DNA of 17,412 nucleotides. Origin: Bugula neritina. Its lineage: Eukaryota > Animalia > Bryozoa. The notes beneath the pieces are model-generated. The model saw nothing but the letters and a program-made list of their open reading frames with translations, was not told the origin of the DNA and searched no databases. The DNA lies in assembly GCA_964035545.1 (NCBI GenBank), contig CAXIUT010000003.1, positions 1-17,412 of the forward strand, given 5' to 3'. The translations under genes were made by a program, and so were the position numbers. Shown in pieces: positions 1-9,183 of the stretch. Position 1 is the stretch's first letter; each line of letters begins with the position of its first letter.

Positions 1-406
1 CGAAAGCGGGGTGCATGTGTCCTACCAGGTGGAGAATAGCGCAACAAAATTTATCAGCAATCACTTAACTATCTTCCATTATACGCAGCCACTTTGGCCT
101 TCTTTTTAATTCTGAAATAAACTGCCAATTTCTCGTTCCAGCTCACCCTATCCCCCCGATTGGTCTTGCGGATACCGTGTTTGGGCTTGGACAATTGAGA
201 TCCGGATCAAGTTTTTTTCTGTGGCGACTCGCGATCAACGAGTACTGAATGTATTTGACTACTGTGGAGGCTTCGACGTTGCAAGACCGATCAAAATCTG
301 GCTGCTGCGTTTTTTCACTTGGAAGCTGAAGATCTTGGGTCGTGGAGAGACAAAAATCAGCAACTGGTCCGGCACAATTTTTGACGCTTTTTTCGGTAAG
401 TCGCAT
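1..406 (-). CDS. Possible 5' part of a hypothetical gene running off the left edge: exon 406..147, intron 146..22, exon 21..<1
   Basis: The minus-strand ORF (ATG at 406, MRLTEKSVK...) meets its stop within a GG|GTGAGC donor at 146. A CTGAT branch-like motif and a TAG acceptor at 22 follow, and the spliced frame stays open (GTHAPRF). No recognisable domain. Confidence 0.35.
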
Positions 407-775
407 ACCGACTGTGACAACTGCGCGTGTAGCGATGGTGCTCAATCTTCTAAACAAACGGCTAAACTCATGATTTCTGGATATATTCACACGTCATCCT
501 GGCAGACCTATTAGACTGACGTTATTGCATTGATCCCCTGGGCCACTCATTTACCGAATTGAAGGCTCAGTTCTCGCAGTTTAAAATAGGACGGTCTATG
601 CTTTTTTCATCGCTTGTCACGAGACTTTACGAGTATCAAAGTGTAAAGGGGGGGGCTTCCTTGATCAACCTTCTTTCACGGCGCTTCTCAATGTTGAAAG
701 ATCGCCCTTATAGAGCGTGTCAGTTCAAATGATCGATTGCATGAAATTAGCTCTCCCATTTCTGTGAATGGAGAT

Positions 776-3730
776 ATGTCAGAATTGTGGCTGCAACGAG
801 GTTCCCGAAGCTGTATTGTCGGAACAGACATCGCGGCCAATGCAGATGAAGTAGACGAATATAACACAACAGTCTCTTCGTCATCTGACACTATCTTCGA
901 AGAGGCAGCAACTGCAATCCCTGATTCAATTCATCTTCGAATACTGGATGGTAATAAATGCACCAACATCCTAGATCTGAGACAAGAATCTGTTGATTCA
1001 TCGAATAACGTGCAGGTTGAAGTAGATAAAACCTCTTTGCTAAGTCTTTTTTCTGATGACAGTGAATCAAAAATTTCAAGCAAAGCACATCAGCAAGATC
1101 TCACAGGGTCCACAATCACACCATTGCCAATAGAAAACTTTACGGTAACGGCCGGTAGCTACTTTGACAAGCGTGACCCTGCCTTTGGAAACTGCTCAAA
1201 TAACAACGCTGAAGACGACTCTGAAAATTTTTCAAATATTGACGCCAATGTCAACGAACAAGAAGTGGACTCGCCTAGCTATGGTAACGGTTCTGCATAT
1301 AGTGAAGTTAGTTTAAATTTGCAAAGAAAAGATGAAGAAAGTCAAGCTAACGACGGCTTTTCTCAACCAATCACATTCGGCGAAGCTCGAAAAACCGAAG
1401 GTGGAAAAGATTCCGCGGAAACGCTGTACCATGAAAATAAGTCTGATTCACTACCTGAATCAGTGGAATACTCCGAAAACAGAATAGAAGAGAAAGATGG
1501 TGGGATTAATACCATGCAAGCGGAGGATAAGGACTATTTAGCTCCTGACTCTCCCGCAGCTGTCTCCGAAAATTCGAATAGTTGCGATGGCATCGATGAA
1601 GACCTTGATAATATGTCGAGCAGGGACAACACAGAAGAAGAGAATGATCGGATAGGCAGTTCTTATCAATGTGAAATCCCGGATTATTTGGGAAAATATC
1701 TTCCCACAATGGTTGACTTGACTTACGATAACTCAATTCAAATTTCGGGGGCTCCAATCATTTGCTCGGCTTTAACTGATGAGATTTCCGAGCGTGATAT
1801 AGAGTGGTCAACCGAAGAGAAGCAATTGTTTGAGAAAGCAATATATAAACACGGCGCCGAGTTTTCTTCGATTGCAAAATTCATTAACTTCCACAAGAAT
1901 TTATCTGCGAATAAATATCGGCGTCACAGGCCACGCGCCGGTTCCCAGACCAAGATTGAAGGTGCCTCGTCTGAAAAAAAAATGAATAATCAAACCAATT
2001 TGGCTATTCGGACTCCCCGGGGATGTACACAGTATTTTTATGATCAGTTTTACTTAAGCAGAGCGCATAATATCTGGAAAAGAAACCGTCGCTCAAGATC
2101 TGTCACAAACGAGCGAATGAATGTGAAAAAAAAACGACTTAAAATGAAAGGAAAGCACGAAAAACTTCGAGTGACCGCTCGCAAGGAAGCCACTACTCAA
2201 TCGAATAGTATGAAAAGCCTGCGTGATCGCGGCCTTAAAAATATGACCGGCTTCTCAGATGCCAAACGCAAACATGCTAATAGCGAAGGATCGACTTCAC
2301 AAAAAAGACGAGGCAAACTTAGCGGATGCTATACCGAGAAGGCATCGAAGTACACCAAGCCAAGCTCTGCCAATTCTTCAGCACATACCTTGAAAAAAGA
2401 TTTGTTAACCGAGAATGAAAAAAAATACCGACTTAATGATGGAGGAGAGCGCTTAAAGACACTCCCAATTGCTGATAGTCAAGATAAGTCAAAGTGCTGC
2501 GTATGCTTGGGCAATGATGAAAAAGGTGGTCGAATGGTGACTTGCGTTTCCTGCCTTAATTGGTATCATTACGTCTGTGTTGGACTCCGAAAAGACATGA
2601 TTGCAGGATCTTCTAGATTTTCCTGTGCGAATTGCTCGCCAACTAGAGATGGTTTTGGATCGCAGAGTCCCGAACTGAGTATTCCTGGGTCGTGGAAAGT
2701 TAAGCCTAGCTCCGGAAAACTTCCTTACGTAGTTATTGTGGCTCTTGAAGATTTAGAGGTTCAAGGTATAGCGAGGGTTATTGCAAAGGAAAGCGTAACG
2801 AAGGTTTCGCCGCGGGACATGACGAAAGAGAAAGACACTGTTGATGGCTTGAATTTGCAAGATGCTGCCAATGCGGTGGACGCTGTCGGAGTGCTACCGG
2901 GATCATCTCTTGAATCTGCTATCAGATTTTATGAGGCGGAACTTGGAGGCTTAATTGCTAGAGAACGCCCTCGAAACTTGACGCCAAAAATGCCCAGGAT
3001 CGACACTATTACAAAGATACAAAAAGGACAGCTTGCTTTGATTTCAGAAACTCCTTCATCTCGAGCGTACACCATGGTGCTTGGACTGAATCGAGTGCCT
3101 GTTAAGGATTTGGATAAGGACTCTGTATACTTAAACAATTCCTCTCCAATTGTATTCCAGCTCTCGCAGTTCTTGGCTAATAACCGTCATATACGGCCAT
3201 GGCATGGAACTATTCGCAGATGCCGGAGATGGGATATACCAGCGAAACCATATGAGCTGGAAGAGAGTCCTTTGCCGTCGAAAAGCAAGGATTCGGATTC
3301 TTTGGGAAGTGGGCTATCAGTAGAGTATCCTAGTGACAAGGCTTCTGTCGATATTTATTCCCCCTTAATGAAGTTTAACGAGCCAAGTTTATCGCGATCA
3401 TGTGCAGAAATAGGGTCTGTAGCGCTGGACAAGGTCAAATCTTTGATAGGCATTTCAGACAATTTATCTCACTGCATTGATGATGAAGATAAACTATCCG
3501 GAGATAGAAACTTACAGGAGAGTATTCAGGAAAAGCAGCTTTGTAACTCGCATAAACTTGACAATAAGACAGAAAAAAAAGCAGCCAAATCATTTTCAAT
3601 ACTTGCGAAGCGAAAAATTGAGGATCAAGGGTTTGCAAAAGACTGTCTTTCGAAGCTTTCTAGACCAGGAAAAAAGTTAGTAGATCACAAAGGTTGGTCG
3701 AGGATAGAAAACAAGCATCAATTGTTTTAA
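776..3730 (+). CDS. ELM2-SANT-PHD finger chromatin/co-repressor-like protein, N-terminal part (first in-frame ATG 776; probably continues into 3664..5049)
   Basis: ELM2-like RIGSSYQCEIP (about 1649-1681); SANT WSTEEKQLFEKAIYKHGAEFSSIAKFI...RTPRGCTQYFY (about 1805-2041); C4HC3 PHD finger CCVC...CVSCLNWYHYVC...CANC (2495-2635); acidic low-complexity N-terminus and basic NLS-like segments. Confidence 0.85.
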   Translation: MSELWLQRGSRSCIVGTDIAANADEVDEYNTTVSSSSDTIFEEAATAIPDSIHLRILDGNKCTNILDLRQESVDSSNNVQVEVDKTSLLSLFSDDSESKISSKAHQQDLTGSTITPLPIENFTVTAGSYFDKRDPAFGNCSNNNAEDDSENFSNIDANVNEQEVDSPSYGNGSAYSEVSLNLQRKDEESQANDGFSQPITFGEARKTEGGKDSAETLYHENKSDSLPESVEYSENRIEEKDGGINTMQAEDKDYLAPDSPAAVSENSNSCDGIDEDLDNMSSRDNTEEENDRIGSSYQCEIPDYLGKYLPTMVDLTYDNSIQISGAPIICSALTDEISERDIEWSTEEKQLFEKAIYKHGAEFSSIAKFINFHKNLSANKYRRHRPRAGSQTKIEGASSEKKMNNQTNLAIRTPRGCTQYFYDQFYLSRAHNIWKRNRRSRSVTNERMNVKKKRLKMKGKHEKLRVTARKEATTQSNSMKSLRDRGLKNMTGFSDAKRKHANSEGSTSQKRRGKLSGCYTEKASKYTKPSSANSSAHTLKKDLLTENEKKYRLNDGGERLKTLPIADSQDKSKCCVCLGNDEKGGRMVTCVSCLNWYHYVCVGLRKDMIAGSSRFSCANCSPTRDGFGSQSPELSIPGSWKVKPSSGKLPYVVIVALEDLEVQGIARVIAKESVTKVSPRDMTKEKDTVDGLNLQDAANAVDAVGVLPGSSLESAIRFYEAELGGLIARERPRNLTPKMPRIDTITKIQKGQLALISETPSSRAYTMVLGLNRVPVKDLDKDSVYLNNSSPIVFQLSQFLANNRHIRPWHGTIRRCRRWDIPAKPYELEESPLPSKSKDSDSLGSGLSVEYPSDKASVDIYSPLMKFNEPSLSRSCAEIGSVALDKVKSLIGISDNLSHCIDDEDKLSGDRNLQESIQEKQLCNSHKLDNKTEKKAAKSFSILAKRKIEDQGFAKDCLSKLSRPGKKLVDHKGWSRIENKHQLF

Positions 3731-5049
3731 AGGAAGAGGCCAATGCAGATACCATATCGAGCTGCTCTTCAAGCGTATCAAGAGCGAATGCAAGTCCTGA
3801 AGTCACTTCATCGGATGCCCCATCCGTTAAAGTGACTCAAGAATCTATTGAAAAGCTTTCAGATATGCTTGGCACCGGTAATTTTTTCCAATTGGATTAT
3901 TTGCGCAGGCAATTTGTTCAAGACAATAACTTGGGACTTAAGCAGAATATCTCAGATGCTTCTTTTTTGCGGGGGCAATGCATTGAAAATTTTCAACAAC
4001 AGGAAATAAATAGTAGCAGTAAAAAGTTGGAAGCCCAATGGATACCGGCACAAAATGTTCCGCTTGACGATGGTGCAATGTCTACGCCATTAAGCAATAC
4101 GCCTAACGTTCAATTGCCGATTGGGATTCTTAGTGCTAGTTTCCCGGGCGGAATAGATTACTGCCGCTCGAAGAGGATCCAGGATGAATACATTTTTCAG
4201 ATATATCAACTTAGGGCACGTTTAATACAGCGGGACTTTTCGGAATGTTTTGAAGAAATTAAAAACACAGAGGCCCAACTTAATAGCATATCCAGGGCAA
4301 TATTGTTACATAGTCTCAGCATTGATCCAAAAGAACGCCTGGGTTTTGTTTTATTGGCACAGCAAGCCTCAGTGATGAATACAAAGGAGCAACAAGCCCG
4401 ACAATTGGCACAGCTGGCTTTTGCACAAGAGGAGCACCGACTCTCAATGAAGAATGGGGGAAATGATGCTTTTCTGCTTCCATTATGCGACTTTCAGCAA
4501 TTTGAATCACTAGCTCTTCAGCATGATCATGCGGCAGTTCTTGAGCTAACACATACCAGCTACTCTATTTTTTTGATTGAATTTTTGTCGGTCATTCCAG
4601 AGCATCAGACCTACACCACATCATTGTACAAAGCTTGTGCTGAAGCTGCTCAACAAAGCGAAGAAAATCGTCAGACGAAGCTTCGGCTTAGGCGTGAATT
4701 AATAATGCTAGAAATGAAGATTAGAAGTATGTACGACTCGCCTATGGAGTTGGGGGCCCAACTCTCAGCACAAGAGCAGCTGCTTAGAAATAACGGTTTG
4801 CTTTCTTCCGCTCAAAAAGACGGTTCCTTCAATTCTTCTGACGGCTTAGGCTTGAGTTTAGGGAACATTTTCAGAGCCACGCAAGCGATAGAAAATGCCA
4901 GTAGCATACTACCGAATATGATAAATCAAGCGGCTTCTTCCGGTTCTGAGAGCATGGTTGTAAATCTCAGCCGGGCCAATGTACCAAACATAGCGTTGAG
5001 CACGATTTTCAATGATCTTTCAGGACGAGATCTTCAATCTAAAACCTAG
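3664..5049 (+). CDS. Helical Q/L/A-rich coding region, probably the C-terminal part of the ELM2-SANT-PHD protein (joined product about 1420 aa)
   Basis: About 460 open codons overlapping the previous ORF by 67 nt in the -1 frame, with no room for a promoter and no ATG near the 5' end. The overlap contains A_AAA_AAG at 3670-3676. Confidence 0.7.
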   Translation, partial: TRKKVSRSQRLVEDRKQASIVLKEEANADTISSCSSSVSRANASPEVTSSDAPSVKVTQESIEKLSDMLGTGNFFQLDYLRRQFVQDNNLGLKQNISDASFLRGQCIENFQQQEINSSSKKLEAQWIPAQNVPLDDGAMSTPLSNTPNVQLPIGILSASFPGGIDYCRSKRIQDEYIFQIYQLRARLIQRDFSECFEEIKNTEAQLNSISRAILLHSLSIDPKERLGFVLLAQQASVMNTKEQQARQLAQLAFAQEEHRLSMKNGGNDAFLLPLCDFQQFESLALQHDHAAVLELTHTSYSIFLIEFLSVIPEHQTYTTSLYKACAEAAQQSEENRQTKLRLRRELIMLEMKIRSMYDSPMELGAQLSAQEQLLRNNGLLSSAQKDGSFNSSDGLGLSLGNIFRATQAIENASSILPNMINQAASSGSESMVVNLSRANVPNIALSTIFNDLSGRDLQSKT

Positions 5050-5403
5050 ACTATAAAACAGCACATGACAGCTTTCAACAGCATTCTCATTTCGGAAAAC
5101 AAATTATACAATTTTAGTAACACGTACATGTTTGCGCACCAGGTGTGCCTGGAATAAAAGCAGAAAACAGCACAGCGGCATGCAAAAATTAAAACCATTG
5201 GCAGCAAGATTCTTAACAAGTATTCACCGTAGAGGTATGGGTATGTCATTGACCATGGCAAACAGATCATTCAATGCCAACACCACTGACTTCTAAACCA
5301 TCAGCTACAGTATTCTCAACTCATTGGTATACTACATTGCCCAACATTGTCATGATTCATGACGAGAGCAGCACAAACAAGTGAAGATATTTCAAGAACC
5401 GAC

Positions 5404-6468
5404 TCAATGTTCAGGCGGCATATCAGGTGCGCAAATCTTTTCCTCTGCATTACTCGGTCTGCAAGGCGAGCCTTCACTCATTTTTAGAAACTGATCTTTT
5501 AAAAATCCACCTAAAGACCTAGGTGAGTATGGCGAGGAAGGACTAGCATCAGAATCGTCCATAGAATCTGACGCAGTTGATCCTTTTCGGTAGTTTCCTA
5601 AAAATCGCTGTACAGCCGAATTGCCAGCATGTTGACGGGGTTTGACATTTAAGTGACTACCGACGCCTGATGAACCTAGATGATTTGTTGAAGAACCGCA
5701 CTCAAAAGACTCACACTCACTTTGAGATGCTTCATCGAGCAGAAAGTCACTTTCTGAGCGATCTGTGGACGAGACACTCCTAATGTCCAAATCTGGATGT
5801 TTGGCGCAAAACTCTGGAAGTGAAAGTTTGGAAAAGCTACGCAAAACATTAAAGTCTCCAGAATCCCAGTGCTTCATTGTCGATTGCTTATCGAAGAGGC
5901 GATGACGGAAAGCCCGACCTCGCTCTCCTCGTCCTACTTTTAAGTTAGCTTGACGATCACACAAAAATGGTGTATTAGCGGATTTGTCTCCAGAATCAGC
6001 GGGATATCCTTGATCAGATAAGAATCCCTCTTCCTTTCGAGAAGATAGGTTGGGGATGGTTTCAACATCAGACAAGCGTCTGGGAGAAAATATTTCATTC
6101 GTTCCAGAGAAACTCCGGGCACTTGCGGGCGTCGCAGCACGAGAGCCATGGGATCCGCTTGATGGTCTAAATTCCGTAGAAAGTGGTGACCCACCAACAG
6201 CACTCTTTTCCTCATGACTATCGAAATGTCGCCGGCTAAGATGATGCTTTCGTTCATATTCTTCGGCTTTGTCAATTTCCTCGAAATACCGTTTCGTCCT
6301 TGAATTGTCTTCGCCATCAAAACTACCGGAGAATATTGCATATTCTGCACTATCAAACCGTTTCAATTCGAACAGGCGATGGTTTAGAAGCTCTCGCCGG
6401 AGCGAATGTGCGCCTCCGTTGTCGGATATACCGCCTTGATCTGCAGGAAGGTCAGTTTTATTATCCAT
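5404..6468 (-). CDS. Endosulfine/ARPP19/Igo1-like protein (cAMP-regulated phosphoprotein family), 354 aa, with several motif copies
   Basis: LLNHRLFELKRFDSAEYAI and FRHRLFDKQSTMKHWDSGDFNV resemble the endosulfine K-Y-F-D-S-G-D-Y signature; there is a third partial copy RRHFDSHE. The rest is Ser-rich and looks disordered, with SP sites. First ATG at 6468. Confidence 0.7.
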   Translation of the reverse strand: MDNKTDLPADQGGISDNGGAHSLRRELLNHRLFELKRFDSAEYAIFSGSFDGEDNSRTKRYFEEIDKAEEYERKHHLSRRHFDSHEEKSAVGGSPLSTEFRPSSGSHGSRAATPASARSFSGTNEIFSPRRLSDVETIPNLSSRKEEGFLSDQGYPADSGDKSANTPFLCDRQANLKVGRGERGRAFRHRLFDKQSTMKHWDSGDFNVLRSFSKLSLPEFCAKHPDLDIRSVSSTDRSESDFLLDEASQSECESFECGSSTNHLGSSGVGSHLNVKPRQHAGNSAVQRFLGNYRKGSTASDSMDDSDASPSSPYSPRSLGGFLKDQFLKMSEGSPCRPSNAEEKICAPDMPPEH

Positions 6469-7941
6469 TCCAACGCGAATCAATTAACCCAGCACCCCAG
6501 CCTCAAAACCGACGAAACCAGCTCGCAAGGCGTAAAGAATTAAATCCTCAGAAATGCTGTTGAAAAAAAGATGCAACCCCCCAAAAGTGGCTTTTGTAGC
6601 CACCCAAAATTTAAATCCAACTTTTGAAGCAGCGCATTAGGCAGAACCGCTCCATTTAAACCCATAAACTACTAAGAAAGACACAGGAACAAGCAAGCGG
6701 GGAATAAATTCAAAAATCGCAAAATGTCAATCAGCAAGGTGTGACAGTGCCTTTCCGCCCGGAAACGCCCCCTACAGTGCCTAAACTCCAAAACTTGCCA
6801 AGATATTACAGAAACAACACCATCTAAGCTATCTAGCAACCATAATAAGTAAAGAAAACCAAACGAACTTGTCCTGATTAAAAGCGACGAGGTTTTCGAA
6901 GAGGGCCTCGAAACTATGGTTGAAAAAGTTGATTTTATTGGGATATTAAAAACTTCAATCAACCGTTTAATCCAATTATCTAGCATCTGTCGCCGTTTTA
7001 GCTTCAATAATTGCTTTGACAGACTTCAAGCAGTCTGACAGTAAGCATGTTTCCAGGCAATGATATAGTTTTGAGGGCAACTTGAGTGTGATTCCATTGA
7101 TTAAGCTGCATTTGGATTTCGTGCGTTAGTGCAGATATTCAGCGGCTTGGTGGGTGAAAATTACAATTTGAGTAGCTTGTAGGGTTCTTTGTCCCGTCTT
7201 TTTTTCGGAAGATGAATAGCTGGCTTAGGTGGCAGCTTAAAAGAGTATTAAAAAGCGAAGGGCAAGTCTTGAATAATATGAAATTAAAGGAGACCATTGA
7301 TAGTCAACAGCGAGATATATTTCTCCAGAATCTAATAACCAGCAAGTAATTCACACAGCTGCTCAAGCATTTGAGCAATGTATTTAAAAACTACTTAAGC
7401 ACCTGTACAATCAATAAACAGAGCTGCTTGAACACTGATGAGTGCATGTCTAGCTCCTAGATAGCCCCTTCAAACCCTCAAAATTCATTTCCCTGACCCT
7501 GCATTTAAAATCAAAGTGCATTTTCGTACGCAATATGCATATATATTGAACGGATTGAAAAATATGTCATCCCAGCGAAAAGGTTGACTATCATAAAGCT
7601 GAGTCATGTCATTAGTTGACGGTAACAATAAGACAAACCAGTGCGCTTATTACTCTTGAAAGAAATAATCGAAAGCGTTTCTTAGAACCACTCACGCTAA
7701 TGAAATGAACTTTCGAGGATTTCAAAAACCTGACCCAGGTGTGATTTACTGATTTGCAGCAGTTCCCTAACTCAAGCTGAGAGGAATTGCGTCAAGTTTT
7801 TAATTTGATTGTTTTTCGTTAGAATTGTTTTGAATTGGTTTTATTTGGGACGTTTTATTGTGCCAAGTACGCTGCGTTAATTACATTTGAGACAGAAGAA
7901 GTGGAAATTGAAAAATTGTGGACTATTCCGTTAAGTGCAAA

Positions 7942-9183
7942 ATGGCTCAAGTCGCTCCAAGCGTACCTGTTGATGAGCAGGTTGCCATCCTAGGAAATGC
8001 ATGGAAGGCATCGGTTGATAGATATGAATGGGCCAAGGGTGTTGTTGGCCAGAACAAGTCGTTTGGGACTCATGTCACCTCCATTTTGGATTTCGGTGAG
8101 ATGACCGCGAAAATGGCTCATGATGCCAGCCCTATCAAATTGGATGAAGTTATTGGGGCTTTGGATACTCGCGTCGACCAAGCTTTGACTTTTGGCTCTG
8201 AAAAAGCTGCTTCTGTTGTTGCTATGCAAGACAAGCTTAAGCACGATGCACTGACTCTGGTACACGACAAACTAACCGAAGTTAAGGGGACTGAAAACGC
8301 TGAAGTGAAACCAGAGGATTTGGGGATTGCTTTGATTGCTGACGATGTCAAGACTCTTACAACGGAGAAGCTTGGAAAAGTACTGGATGTCAGCGAAAGC
8401 TATCTCGCCCAGTATTTGCCTATAGATGACGAAGATTTGAAAGAGCTAAGTGTTGATTCGCCAAAGCATGAATTGAAGACAGTCGCTATTCGCTCTTACA
8501 AGCAAGGAAAAATTGCAGCAAAGGGACTACAAGAGTCTGTTATTTCGAAAATGTCAAATTTGCAGATGCGCGCGAAAGAAGTGGTTCATGTTGATCTTAT
8601 CAAGTATTCCGAGTACTTGAACGACAAGACGCAGCAGATTCCTGCTACTCTTTACGTAGCTTGGGAAAATGTTAATGAAAGTGTAACCGATTTTGCCACT
8701 ACTGCATCTGAGGGAAACGCGGAAAAAATTAAAGAGCAGTATATCCGCCCTGCCCGAGAACGTCTAGTCGCCGCTAGATTGCAATTTCACGATCGCTTGG
8801 TCAATATTTGGACTGTAGTTGGAGACAAGTATGAACAAAGAATAATGCGCCCTGGAGAGCAGATAATACAGATGTTCCGTGAGGAGCTAGCGCTTCAGCA
8901 AGAGCTGGCGATGGAGCGAAATGGTTCTGATGATGAATTGACAATAGCTGCTGGATTAAACGCCGTAGTAGCGGCTGCCAGAGCCCGTCTTTCGAAGGAG
9001 ATTGAAGTGAGAGTGTACCCGGTATGGAGCAAATACGTAAATGGCTCAGATGAGGCCAGTGTTGTCGCCGCCTCTGATGAGGCCAGTGTTGTCGCCGCCT
9101 CTGATGAGGTCAACGTGGTCGCTACTCCTGAAGAGGTCAACGTGGTCGCGACTCCTGAATTGATCGAGCAGGTCACTGAATAG
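7942..9183 (+). CDS. Perilipin (PAT-family)-like lipid droplet protein, 413 aa
   Basis: N-terminal amphipathic region with YEWAK and ALDTRVDQAL resembles the PAT domain. VLDVSESYLAQYLPIDDEDLKEL resembles the perilipin 'KSE..V..YLP.TEEEL' motif, followed by VDLIKY. Helical, no transmembrane segment. First ATG at 7942. Confidence 0.7.
   Translation: MAQVAPSVPVDEQVAILGNAWKASVDRYEWAKGVVGQNKSFGTHVTSILDFGEMTAKMAHDASPIKLDEVIGALDTRVDQALTFGSEKAASVVAMQDKLKHDALTLVHDKLTEVKGTENAEVKPEDLGIALIADDVKTLTTEKLGKVLDVSESYLAQYLPIDDEDLKELSVDSPKHELKTVAIRSYKQGKIAAKGLQESVISKMSNLQMRAKEVVHVDLIKYSEYLNDKTQQIPATLYVAWENVNESVTDFATTASEGNAEKIKEQYIRPARERLVAARLQFHDRLVNIWTVVGDKYEQRIMRPGEQIIQMFREELALQQELAMERNGSDDELTIAAGLNAVVAAARARLSKEIEVRVYPVWSKYVNGSDEASVVAASDEASVVAASDEVNVVATPEEVNVVATPELIEQVTE
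9046..9159 (+). repeat. In-frame 27-bp tandem repeat, 4 copies plus a partial (SDEASVVAA x2, SDEVNVVAT, PEEVNVVAT, PE)
   Basis: Units at 9046-9072, 9073-9099, 9100-9126 and 9127-9153 read directly from the sequence. Confidence 0.95.

Noticed and set aside
221-514. 97-aa plus-strand ORF
   Set aside because: GTG start, no recognisable domain, and antisense to a candidate with better splice signals.
3676-3683. GTTAG / GTTAGTAG as a 5- or 8-nt micro-intron that would fix the frame
   Set aside because: Far below any known spliceosomal intron size.
5940-6563. Alternative-frame and antisense ORFs over the endosulfine-like gene
   Set aside because: No motifs; explained as shadows of the real CDS.
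6672-7007. 111-aa minus-strand ORF in the intergenic region
   Set aside because: Composition follows the T-rich strand; no domain or splice link to a neighbouring gene.
7435-7496. CTGATGA as a hammerhead core or C/D snoRNA C box (CTGA at 7493)
   Set aside because: No correctly placed GAAA or stems I/III for a hammerhead; no terminal stem or recognisable rRNA guide for a snoRNA.
7739-7759. 21-nt GT...CTGAT...CAG tiny-intron-like segment upstream of the perilipin-like gene
   Set aside because: Non-coding context gives no frame test, and the supported introns here are 56-58 nt.
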